From assembly GCA_963745835.1 (NCBI GenBank), contig CAVUZH010000003.1, positions 960,001 to 1,024,000 on the forward strand: DNA of 64,000 nucleotides, written 5' to 3'. Origin of the DNA: an uncultured delta proteobacterium (lineage in GTDB: Bacteria; Desulfobacterota; Binatia; UBA9968). Shown here one piece after another: positions 1 through 8,641 of the stretch. Below the pieces are notes generated by a model that was not told the origin of the DNA, ran no database searches, and saw nothing but the letters and a program-made list of their open reading frames with translations. Both the position numbers and the translations under genes were made by a program. Every line of letters begins with the position of its first letter. The stretch's first letter is position 1.

Positions 1-1
1 A

Positions 2-256
2 CAGTATCAAATCCCGCTGCTGCTGTTGATCTACTATGCCGGGGATGTTGGTGATCGGACCTTCAGCACTTCGGGCAGCATGACGGAACCGGTGCTCCAG
101 GCACTCGGAATCCGATATTACATCATGCGCGAGACCGCCGACGCGCCGGAGCTGATCAAGCGGGCGCAGATCTTGGCCGAGGATTCGAAAAGGCCGGTCG
201 CGCTGCTCCTCACCAAAGAAGTCCTGGGGCGGCGCGCCGCGCTTAAATCGCTCTAG
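2..256 (+). CDS. TPP-dependent decarboxylase alpha subunit (sulfopyruvate decarboxylase ComD-like), 5'-truncated
   Basis: Frame is open from the window edge (QYQIPLLLLIYYAG...TEPVLQALGI...RPVALLL); lies directly before a ComE-like gene. Confidence 0.7.
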   Translation, partial: QYQIPLLLLIYYAGDVGDRTFSTSGSMTEPVLQALGIRYYIMRETADAPELIKRAQILAEDSKRPVALLLTKEVLGRRAALKSL

Positions 257-292
257 CCTGGTTCTTACATCAAGCAAAGCTGAACGTTTTGT

Positions 293-898
293 ATGAAAAG
301 ATTTGATTGCTTGAAACTCGTTGCCGCGGAGGCGAAGGACGCTTTGGTAGTCAGTTCTGCCGGAGCGATGACTCTGGAGTGGAATGCCCTGCGTCCGGGG
401 GACGGCAATTTTCGGGTTCGCACCCTGGGTCTGTGTTCGTCCATCGCGCTTGGTATGGCCTTGGGCTTGCCCCATCGCAAGATCATAGCCTTAGATGGAG
501 ACGGGTCTTTGTTAATGAATCTGTGTTCATTGCCGACGATCGCTCGCATGCGCCCGAGCAACTTAGTCCATATTGTTTTCGATAACGAAGTTTATGAGGC
601 CTCCGGCAGCAAGAAAACGGCGACTGCTTGTGGGACTGACTTAGTCGGAGTGGCGCGTGCGGCAGGAATCAAGAACTCCAGTTGGGCAAATAATCTCAGC
701 GACTTTGGTAGAGCGATTTTGGCGGGCATGACCACCAATGAGCTGAGATTTATTGGCGCCAAGGTCACAACCGAGCGAACTGAGGTTAGCCCATATCCCC
801 TCGATGAAGTGGAAAATAAGTATCGTTTCATTCGTCACGTTGAAAGGACTGAGCAGGTTGAGATTCTCAAGAAGAATCTGCCGGCCAGTTATGTTTAG
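293..898 (+). CDS. TPP-binding decarboxylase beta subunit (ComE-like)
   Basis: TPP motif GDGSLLMNL...DN; LGLCSSIALGMAL. Confidence 0.8.
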   Translation: MKRFDCLKLVAAEAKDALVVSSAGAMTLEWNALRPGDGNFRVRTLGLCSSIALGMALGLPHRKIIALDGDGSLLMNLCSLPTIARMRPSNLVHIVFDNEVYEASGSKKTATACGTDLVGVARAAGIKNSSWANNLSDFGRAILAGMTTNELRFIGAKVTTERTEVSPYPLDEVENKYRFIRHVERTEQVEILKKNLPASYV

Positions 899-926
899 TT
901 CCGTCGGAGACCATCTTTGAGGCCCA

Positions 927-1961
927 ATGAAAATTGATATCGAATTTAACTCCGGGGCCCAGCTACCGATGGACGCAATCCCGGAGCTGGCGCGTCTCGC
1001 CGAGGCAAACGGCTTCGATTGTGCCTGGGGTGGAGAGGCTAATAACAAAGATCCGACGGTAATGTTGTCAGCTATCGCCGCTGTAACTACCCGGCTCAAA
1101 ATAGGTTCGGCGATCTATCACATCCTCGGCCGCACGCCGGCAACGTTAGCGTTGCAAGCGGTGGGTCTCGACGAGTTATCCGGCGGAAGATTTCTCTTGG
1201 GCATCGGTTCATCCAATCCGACTATTGCCAAGTGGCACGGTCAAATATTAGATCAACCGCTCGGCCGGGTTCGTGAATACATCGAGATTGTCCAATCCGC
1301 CGTACGCGGGGAGAAGCTTGACTTTGATGGCAAGTTTTTCACGGCACACAATTTCAGAATGGCATTTAAGCCGTCGGGTCGTATCATACCTATCTATCTT
1401 GCTGCCTTCGGTCCCAAGATGACACGCCTGGCGGGCAGGATTGCCGATGGCGTTTTAATCAATATGGCCAATCCCGCTGAAATTCGGCGAATCTCCGATG
1501 AGGTCCGCAAAGGCGCTGAAGAGGCGGGGAAAGATCCGGCCGGCATGCAGATTATTTGCAAGATTCGCTGCTCCATCGCTGAAACTTCTGCCGCCGCCCG
1601 AGATGCTTTGAGTCATGCGCTAACCTATTACGCGCTAGCCGATTATTATCGCGACCTCCTCGGCCGCATGGGATTCGCAGAGGAAGTTGAGGCGATGCGC
1701 AGCGCGTGGAAAGCCGGAGGCTTTCATTCCGCGCGTAAGTTGGTGAGTGATCGAATGTTCGCGAATCTGCCTCTGATCGCCGCCACTTCTGCGCACGAGA
1801 TTGTCGAGCAGATCCGGCCATACGCGGCCGCCGGGGCCACACGAATCATTCTGCCGTATGTTGCGGCTACCGACGATGTCATAGGGGAGATGAAGAGCTT
1901 CATCGAGAAATGGAATACGTTACAACGCAGCTCACCCAGGAGAGAAATCGATGCCATTTGA
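927..1961 (+). CDS. LLM-class flavin/F420-dependent oxidoreductase
   Basis: AIAAVTTRLKIGS, LDELSGGRFLLGIG, IYLAAFGPKM...AGRIADG. Confidence 0.88.
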   Translation: MKIDIEFNSGAQLPMDAIPELARLAEANGFDCAWGGEANNKDPTVMLSAIAAVTTRLKIGSAIYHILGRTPATLALQAVGLDELSGGRFLLGIGSSNPTIAKWHGQILDQPLGRVREYIEIVQSAVRGEKLDFDGKFFTAHNFRMAFKPSGRIIPIYLAAFGPKMTRLAGRIADGVLINMANPAEIRRISDEVRKGAEEAGKDPAGMQIICKIRCSIAETSAAARDALSHALTYYALADYYRDLLGRMGFAEEVEAMRSAWKAGGFHSARKLVSDRMFANLPLIAATSAHEIVEQIRPYAAAGATRIILPYVAATDDVIGEMKSFIEKWNTLQRSSPRREIDAI

Positions 1962-2352
1962 ATTAATGAACCCGTCCGGTTTGGAGTCACCTGTCGGTTA
2001 CGCTCACATAGCCAAGATCGCCGGGGGTGATATCGTCCATGTAGCGGGACAGGCCCCGTTCGACTCTCAGGGGCAGGTCGTCGGCAAGGGTGATTTCGTG
2101 GCGCAGTTCGCCCAGGTGGTCCGAAATCTAAAAACCGCAATTGCTGCAGCCGGCGGCGAGCCACAGAACTACGCTGTCCTCACCATCTATATTACCGACT
2201 TGCAAGCCTACCTGAATAACAAAAAGCCGCTTGGATCAGTCTACAAGGAGGTGTTTGGTCGACACTTTCCTGCCATTACGCTGGTGGAAGTGAAAAGCCT
2301 CTACAATCCCGATTGTTTGGTCGAGATCTCAGGGGTGGCCGTGATCAGTTGA
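1951..2352 (+). CDS. RidA/YjgF family protein
   Basis: VAGQ, FPAITLVEVKSL, LVEISGVA; overlaps the LLM stop codon. Confidence 0.88.
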   Translation: MPFELMNPSGLESPVGYAHIAKIAGGDIVHVAGQAPFDSQGQVVGKGDFVAQFAQVVRNLKTAIAAAGGEPQNYAVLTIYITDLQAYLNNKKPLGSVYKEVFGRHFPAITLVEVKSLYNPDCLVEISGVAVIS

Positions 2353-2478
2353 GGCCAGAAGGTATTTTCCTACAGCTTTTGTCTTAAAATTGCGCAATTG
2401 TGACAACTTTGCGCTTGCGATTTGCCTTGGCTAGCTGAGCTAGAGCCGGAAGTGATGTGTTTTCGAGCTCAGCCTAGC

Positions 2479-2494
2479 TGGCACCTAGTTTGCT
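2479..2494 (+). promoter_or_regulatory. Sigma-54 (-24/-12) promoter
   Basis: TGGCAC-CTAGT-TTGCT with exact GG-N10-GC spacing; palindrome AATTGCGCAATT (2388-2399) upstream as a possible activator site. Confidence 0.7.
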
Positions 2495-2539
2495 TAAACT
2501 GCTCGATATTGAAGGTTAATAGGGAAGGGTCAAAAAACG

Positions 2540-2761
2540 ATGAGTTACCGGCTAACTAGATACAATCCCAAACCTAGCATCGAGCAAGAACGGGAACAGG
2601 ATCTTCTAGAAAGCGTCACCGAAGAAGAGGTGATAATCCTGTGGCGTTCAATAAAACAAAAGGGCTTGTCAGAGGATGAGGCTTGGCATGCCATCGTTAC
2701 CGGGCTTGCTCTGGATGCGGCCTTCTCAAGCAACCGGCGAACGATTCAGTATGAACATTAG
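2540..2761 (+). CDS. Small hypothetical protein (73 aa)
   Basis: ATG with purine-rich RBS (GGGAAGGG) downstream of the sigma-54 promoter. Confidence 0.55.
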   Translation: MSYRLTRYNPKPSIEQEREQDLLESVTEEEVIILWRSIKQKGLSEDEAWHAIVTGLALDAAFSSNRRTIQYEH

Positions 2762-2812
2762 TGAGTGGCGCTAAACTCCCCACACTGTACATGAACGCGT
2801 GGATGACGCTTT

Positions 2813-3304
2813 TTAGGTTTGAGTTGCCTGCGGATCTGCGATTGCGACTAAATCCAAGAGAATTTGGCGATGTGATCTTTGGCTGCTCCTAAGCTCCGCT
2901 ACCATCCTCGCGATCTCTGGTGTTTCTGCTGCCTTTAATTCGAGCGTGAATAGTAGATCATCCAAGGCAATCTGATCCTGCAAGTCGACGTTTAATCGCT
3001 CCCAATGGTTTTTCCCTGTCTTCGCCTCTCCTTTCGGTAATCGCGGCTTTTCTCCAAGTTTTTCAATTACGGTTCTTACCTTTTTAGCAATATCTAATTT
3101 CTGTATTGCGATTTCGTGTAGTTTGCGCCGGATGTGCGGATAAGGCGCGTCAGCGGCGTGCACCTCGACTTGATTGGCCAGCCGTAAAACCAGCTCGTGG
3201 GCGAGGGCTAGACCTTCCACAGGAGTCTCACGTCGGGAATAGTTATAGACGCTTCGTTCCGGAAAGAAAAAGTTTTTCAAAGAGTTGGAAATGGTGCTCG
3301 GCAT
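2813..3304 (-). CDS. Ferritin-like four-helix protein with degenerate metal ligands
   Basis: HAADAPYPHIRRKLHEIA...IEKLG helical pattern; promoter directly upstream. Confidence 0.55.
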   Translation of the reverse strand: MPSTISNSLKNFFFPERSVYNYSRRETPVEGLALAHELVLRLANQVEVHAADAPYPHIRRKLHEIAIQKLDIAKKVRTVIEKLGEKPRLPKGEAKTGKNHWERLNVDLQDQIALDDLLFTLELKAAETPEIARMVAELRSSQRSHRQILLDLVAIADPQATQT

Positions 3305-3322
3305 TAAAGGTCTTCAACTCCG

Positions 3323-3351
3323 ACGATAAATTTAACTTGGTTTTATGTCAA
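3323..3351 (-). promoter_or_regulatory. Sigma-70-type promoter for 2813..3304
   Basis: TTGACA-17 bp-TATCGT on the minus strand. Confidence 0.55.
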
Positions 3352-3678
3352 GCTTTTGAGCATGTAACTCGTTGACTGCGGTGGAAAAACCTGATTGAAT
3401 CCCGGCAATAACCAGGGTGACGGATATCACAGATCACCCCTCGAAATTGCCTTGCATCAAGCCGCAATCGTTTTGGAACTTTTCATGCTTGCATCCAAAC
3501 GAGCCGCAAAACTCAACGGAGCCGGCCACTTATCTATTCTGACAATCGCGGAGCCGTGGTCTTTGCGTGAGGTGGCGGCATCCGAGGCCTGAAAAGTCCG
3601 GAAAGATTATCAGCCAAGGGCAACGCGGTTTTTCAGCCGAACTGTTGGCGTACCTCAGCATAGCCACGTGAATCTTCG

Positions 3679-4653
3679 ATGCCGCAAATGACCGACGACG
3701 ATAAAGCACTGCCCATCGATTTATCATTCGTTAACATCGATTTGTCAAAGAAAGAGGATTTGGAAGACGCTGATTCGAAAGAAAAAGCGTTGATCCCGTT
3801 CGATCCTTTGCAACGATACCTCGCAGAGATCCGCCGTTTTCCGCTACTTTCACGCGAGGAAGAACATAAGCTGGCCGTTGAATTCAAGGAATTTGGCAAT
3901 ATCGAAGCCGCCTATAAACTTGTTACCGGAAACCTGCGATTGGTGGTGATGATCGCGCGAGAATACCAAAAGGCATTGAAAAGCCTGCTTGATCTGATTC
4001 AAGAAGGCAATATGGGTTTGATGGAAGCGGTAAAAAACTTCGACCCTTACCGGGGCGTGCGATTCCCATCGTACGCGGTGTGGTGGATTCGTGCCTATAT
4101 CATTCGTTACATCATGAACGACTGGCGTATGGTCAAGATCGGAACGACTCAGGCTCAAAGAAAACTGTTTTTCAACCTACAAAAAGAGAAGGAGCGGATT
4201 GAGGCGGAAGGCCTGACGCCAGGCCCTAAACTGCTGGCTCAGCGACTTAACGTTAAAGAAGACGAAGTTGTGGAAATGGAGCAACGCCTAGCTAATCGTG
4301 ACCTTTCGGTGGATATGCCGATCGGCGAAGACGAAGAGGCAACGATGCTCAATTTTTTGCCGGATCAAAAACAGAATCCCGAAGAGCATTTCGCCGAAAG
4401 TCAGTACCGCGAGTTATTGCAACAGAAGATGGAAGACTTTGCACACACCTTAAAAGATAAAGAGCTCGTCATTTTTCGCGAGCGTTTGCTCAATGAAGAC
4501 CCGGTTACACTCCGGGAGATCGGTGAAAAATACAGTATTAGCCGAGAACGCGTCCGGCAGATCGAGGAACGGCTTAAAAAGAAGCTCAAGACGTATTTGA
4601 GCAAAGAACTGGACGATGTTGACGGCGCAAAAATCGGCAAGGCTGCAGATTAG
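3679..4653 (+). CDS. rpoH: RNA polymerase sigma-32 factor
   Basis: NLRLVV, DLIQEG, FDPYRGVRF, RpoH box QRKLFFNL, region 4 SRERVRQIE. Confidence 0.9.
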   Translation: MPQMTDDDKALPIDLSFVNIDLSKKEDLEDADSKEKALIPFDPLQRYLAEIRRFPLLSREEEHKLAVEFKEFGNIEAAYKLVTGNLRLVVMIAREYQKALKSLLDLIQEGNMGLMEAVKNFDPYRGVRFPSYAVWWIRAYIIRYIMNDWRMVKIGTTQAQRKLFFNLQKEKERIEAEGLTPGPKLLAQRLNVKEDEVVEMEQRLANRDLSVDMPIGEDEEATMLNFLPDQKQNPEEHFAESQYRELLQQKMEDFAHTLKDKELVIFRERLLNEDPVTLREIGEKYSISRERVRQIEERLKKKLKTYLSKELDDVDGAKIGKAAD

Positions 4654-4762
4654 CAGGTATTGCCCCTAGGGGTGTCACTTACTTCGGCAGTCTCGCGGTC
4701 GCGGGATCTTGTCTGTTCAACCCGGTTTTGCTACGAGAATTAGATTAACTTGGGAGGTATCA

Positions 4763-5215
4763 TTGCAGTTCGAAAAACAGGTAGAGATTCAGGCGCCCAG
4801 AGAAAAGGTTTGGAATTTCATCTGGGATGTCGATCAGTTTATCGCTTGCGTTCCGGGTTGTAAGGAAGCTAAGACTCTTGAAGAAGGGAAGCGGTATTCC
4901 GCAACCATGGTCGAGAAAGTTGGACCATTCAAGGTTGAGTTTCCTACGACCATAGAAGTTTTGGAACGAGAAGAGTTATCACGGATCAAGGCTCAAGCGT
5001 CCGGCGCTGACAACAAAATTGGCAGCCGGATGAAATTGGATCTGGAAGTGAAGCTTCGTGAAGAAGAAAACAAAACCGTTCTTCAATTTATAGCCGGAGT
5101 CGATATCTTGGGTAAACTTGCCGCCTTGGGACATGGCATTATCAAGCGCAAAGCCGACCAGGTCCTGGACGAGTTTGCTCAGGCAGTGAAGAAGCGTTTG
5201 GAAGGAGATTCGTGA
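4763..5215 (+). CDS. CoxG/SRPBCC family protein
   Basis: APREKVWNFIWD...ACVPGC, GKLAALG; start moved to TTG 4763 after GGAGG. Confidence 0.85.
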   Translation: MQFEKQVEIQAPREKVWNFIWDVDQFIACVPGCKEAKTLEEGKRYSATMVEKVGPFKVEFPTTIEVLEREELSRIKAQASGADNKIGSRMKLDLEVKLREEENKTVLQFIAGVDILGKLAALGHGIIKRKADQVLDEFAQAVKKRLEGDS

Positions 5216-5216
5216 G

Positions 5217-6083
5217 ATGCTGCGACGATTCCGTCTAGAAGAGCCCACGACCGTAGCTGAGGTAGCGGAACTACTGGGGCGATTCGGTGACTCGGCCAAA
5301 GTGTATGCGGGAGGAACGGAGCTTCTCCTTGCCATGAAAGAAGGCTTGGTTCAGTTTGAGCGACTAGTGAATGTTAAAGGCGTCAGCGGTCTAAATGAGG
5401 TTAAGCAAAATAATGGCGAAATCCATATAGGCGCTCTCTGTACACATCACGAACTTGAAAATTCGCCGATATTGAGGGAGAAGCTGCCTGCTCTGGTGAA
5501 GCTCGAAGAGAATGTGGCAAACGTCCGCGTGCGCCAGGTAGGCACTCTTGGTGGCAATCTCTGCTTTGCCGAACCTCATGCCGATCCGGGAACGTTATTG
5601 ATCGCTTTAGGAGCGCGTCTCGTTGCCGAGAAGGGAGACCGCAAACGCGAGATACCGGCGGAATCTTTCTTCGTCGATGCTTACGAAACCTCCCTAGAAG
5701 CGGACGAGGTACTAACGCAGATTATCGTCCCGGTCCCGGCCCAACCCGCTGGAGTTTGCTATATGAAGTTTGGCTATCTCGAGAGGCCCAGCGTCGGGCT
5801 GGCGGTGATGGTAAACCTGAATACCGGCAGAACTGAGATCAACGATATCAGAATTGCGGTTGGCTGTGCCGGACCGGCGCCCAAGCGAGTTGCGGAAGCC
5901 GAAGCCTTGTTGAAAGGCATAAGCGTTGACGAGGCGACCCGAAACATTGCGCAGGCAGGGGAGATGTCTGGCCGCGCTTCCCAAGCAATCAGTGATTTAC
6001 ACGGCGCGCAGGATTACAAGGAGCATATTGTCCAAGTACTTCTGAAGCGCTCATTTCAAAATGCCCTCGGCCAGTGCGCATAG
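5217..6083 (+). CDS. Xanthine/CO dehydrogenase family FAD-binding subunit (CoxM-like)
   Basis: AGGTELL, VRQVGTLGGNL...ADP, SDLHGAQDYK. Confidence 0.9.
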   Translation: MLRRFRLEEPTTVAEVAELLGRFGDSAKVYAGGTELLLAMKEGLVQFERLVNVKGVSGLNEVKQNNGEIHIGALCTHHELENSPILREKLPALVKLEENVANVRVRQVGTLGGNLCFAEPHADPGTLLIALGARLVAEKGDRKREIPAESFFVDAYETSLEADEVLTQIIVPVPAQPAGVCYMKFGYLERPSVGLAVMVNLNTGRTEINDIRIAVGCAGPAPKRVAEAEALLKGISVDEATRNIAQAGEMSGRASQAISDLHGAQDYKEHIVQVLLKRSFQNALGQCA

Positions 6084-6096
6084 GAGAGTTGTTTAG

Positions 6097-6618
6097 ATGG
6101 CAATGACAATGTTACGACGTTCAGATTTACAGACGGTACCGGTTTCGTTTAGTCTAAACGGTAAATTGCAGGAATTGGATGTCGAGCCGCATGAACTGCT
6201 TTTGGATGTTATACGGGATCGATTGGGACTTACTGGAGCCAAACGATCGTGCGACGTACAAGTTTGCGGCGCTTGCACGTTGCTGGTGGACGGAAGGCCG
6301 GTGAGCGCCTGTACAACGTTAGCCTTTGAAGTCAGAGATAAAAGTGTGATGACGATCGAAGGTTTGGCGGAAAATGGCAAGTTACACCCACTCCAGCAAG
6401 CCTTTATTGAGCATGGAGGGTTTCAATGTGGCTTTTGTACCCCCGGAATGATTCTCGCAGCCAAGGCCTTGTTAGATGAAAATCCTCATCCCACCGAGGA
6501 AGAACTAAAGCATTTTATGCACGGCAACATCTGTCGTTGCACCGGGTATAAAAAGATTATCGAATCCATCATGGCTGCCGCAGCGAACATGTCTGAGGCT
6601 ACGCAGAAGGGCTCTTAG
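6097..6618 (+). CDS. Xanthine/CO dehydrogenase family 2Fe-2S subunit (CoxS-like)
   Basis: SCDVQVCGACT, QCGFCTPG, GNICRCTGY. Confidence 0.93.
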   Translation: MAMTMLRRSDLQTVPVSFSLNGKLQELDVEPHELLLDVIRDRLGLTGAKRSCDVQVCGACTLLVDGRPVSACTTLAFEVRDKSVMTIEGLAENGKLHPLQQAFIEHGGFQCGFCTPGMILAAKALLDENPHPTEEELKHFMHGNICRCTGYKKIIESIMAAAANMSEATQKGS

Positions 6619-6781
6619 TCTCCACGGTCAAGCGAAATCACAAGGTAGGCTCCGCAGTCAGCTACTTTGTTTCAACGGCCCGGGAGCTCCTCCGAGTAAA
6701 AAGCCCGCTTCTCTAGAATAGCGGCATCGCTCTTTGGTTATGTAATCATTTGGTGAGTGGTATGGCAGGATAATGCTAAAA

Positions 6782-7705
6782 CTACGCACGAATTTCCGCG
6801 CGCATAAAAAAGATGTAAGAAATCCCGAAGCAGACCGCCACCAAGCCGAATAGAGTCGTGACGTGGGGCCAGATGAGGTTCAAGCTCTGTCCAAGGGCAA
6901 GCGGCGTCGGTAAGATACCTTCTGCCTGACTTTGTAGGGCTATACCAAAAACGCGAGCAGCCGGATTCAACAATATGTGCACGGTTTCCGAAAATAGCGT
7001 GCTTGGTGAGATACGACCGATGATATTCTCGATGTCGGCTCGCCGGGCAACCGATTCAGGAGTGGAAGTATCCGGAACAACGATACTGGCTATGCCTTGA
7101 CTGACGATGACAACGAACAGGGTCATAAACAGCCAAACAGCGATTGAAGCGAGAGCTGCGGTAACGGTCTTTTGGAAGAGCAATGAAAACAGCGTCGCAA
7201 GCGCCAGCCAAAACCCCAGATAGAAGATACCCACTACGGCAAAGATCAGCATCCGCCACAGTTCCTCGGCATTAGGTGGAAAGCCAAGCAAGGTAATACC
7301 TAGGCCAATCACTAACAAGAGGATCGATGCCCATAGAACCGCAATTGTCGTGAGACCGGCAAAAAACTTTCCATTGATAAAACTGTCGCGGTAGATGGGC
7401 TGTGAGAGAACCCGGCTCAATGTGCCGCGGGCGTACTCACCGCTGATGGAGTCGAAACCCAAGGTAATGCCGACCAGGGGTCCGAAAAAACCCAGAAAAG
7501 TCGCCAGCGAAAAAAGCGTTTCACCGCTGGAGGTCAGCAGAAGAAGAAATACGTACTGCGCGGGAACGGTTTCAGTATTCTGCCGGATCGCTTGGCCGGT
7601 TGCATAAGCGGCCCAGAGTCCCGTCAGTACGATGATAAAAATCAAGATCATGAAGCGGCGGCTGCTAAAGTGATCTCCCAGCTCTTTCCAAAACACCACA
7701 CCCAT
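6782..7705 (-). CDS. ABC-2 type transporter permease
   Basis: WKELGD, GFDSISGE...GTLSRVLSQPIYR...GKF; multiple TM helices. Confidence 0.88.
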   Translation of the reverse strand: MGVVFWKELGDHFSSRRFMILIFIIVLTGLWAAYATGQAIRQNTETVPAQYVFLLLLTSSGETLFSLATFLGFFGPLVGITLGFDSISGEYARGTLSRVLSQPIYRDSFINGKFFAGLTTIAVLWASILLLVIGLGITLLGFPPNAEELWRMLIFAVVGIFYLGFWLALATLFSLLFQKTVTAALASIAVWLFMTLFVVIVSQGIASIVVPDTSTPESVARRADIENIIGRISPSTLFSETVHILLNPAARVFGIALQSQAEGILPTPLALGQSLNLIWPHVTTLFGLVAVCFGISYIFFMRAEIRA

Positions 7706-7708
7706 GTC

Positions 7709-8641
7709 TTAAGCCTCGCGAAAATACTTTAAATAAATTTCTTCTAGGGTCGGATCTTCAGATCGCAGCTGTAACAAAGGAAGGCCTTTGGTTGTTACAA
7801 GGGAAACGAGTTCCGGCCGGACGTCTTTGGTGCAGCGCAGAAACCACCCTTGGCTGCGTTTTTCGATTTCATCGATGCCGTCGATAGCTTGAAGGCTTCG
7901 CTCAAGGCCGTCCCAATTACCGCCGACCTCAAACAAAAAGTTCCACTGGCGGCCCTTGAGAATCGCTCTTCCGAGCTCATCCATTTCACCTTGTACGATA
8001 AGTCGACCTTTGACGATGATACCAACACGACTACAGATTTGCTGGACTTGCTGCAGCTGGTGAGATGAAAGCATAACAGTCAAGTTATGATCCCGATTGA
8101 GATTTTTGATCATTTCAAGAATCCGGATGGCTCCATCGGGGTCGATTCCCAACGTCGGCTCGTCCAAAATGATCGCTATCGGATTTTTTACCAGAACTTC
8201 GGCAATGCCGAGCCTTTGCTTCATTCCACGGGAATACTCACGAACCAGGCGCCGGCCATCTTCGCTCAGGCCAACCTGCTCCAAGACCTCATCGGTTCGA
8301 CGTTGCGCTTCCCTTTCCGGAATTCGATTCAAGCGCGCCATATAGAGAAGGTTTTCTTTGGCGCTTATGTCGTCATAGAAGCCGGGATTTTCCGGCAGGT
8401 ACCCAACTCGCTTTTTAACCTCTAGAGGTTCAAGTGTGGGGTTATACCCGCACACCGATAATTGTCCTGAGGTGGGTTCGGTGAGTCCCAAAAGCATCAG
8501 GATCGTAGTTGTCTTACCGGCACCGTTAGGACCAAGAAAGCCGAAAATTTCTCCCTGTTGTACAGACAGAGTGAGTGTATTGACCGCAAGCTTTTCACGG
8601 TAACGCTTGGTCAAATTCTTGGTGTCTACGACTGCGCTCAT
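7709..8641 (-). CDS. ABC transporter ATP-binding protein
   Basis: Walker A GPNGAGKTT, YSRGMKQRL, ILDEPT. Confidence 0.95.
   Translation of the reverse strand: MSAVVDTKNLTKRYREKLAVNTLTLSVQQGEIFGFLGPNGAGKTTTILMLLGLTEPTSGQLSVCGYNPTLEPLEVKKRVGYLPENPGFYDDISAKENLLYMARLNRIPEREAQRRTDEVLEQVGLSEDGRRLVREYSRGMKQRLGIAEVLVKNPIAIILDEPTLGIDPDGAIRILEMIKNLNRDHNLTVMLSSHQLQQVQQICSRVGIIVKGRLIVQGEMDELGRAILKGRQWNFLFEVGGNWDGLERSLQAIDGIDEIEKRSQGWFLRCTKDVRPELVSLVTTKGLPLLQLRSEDPTLEEIYLKYFREA

Noticed and set aside
3584-3605. GAAAAGTCCGG resembling the RNase P RNA GAGGAAAGTCC motif
   Set aside because: Imperfect match and none of the other conserved RNase P segments found
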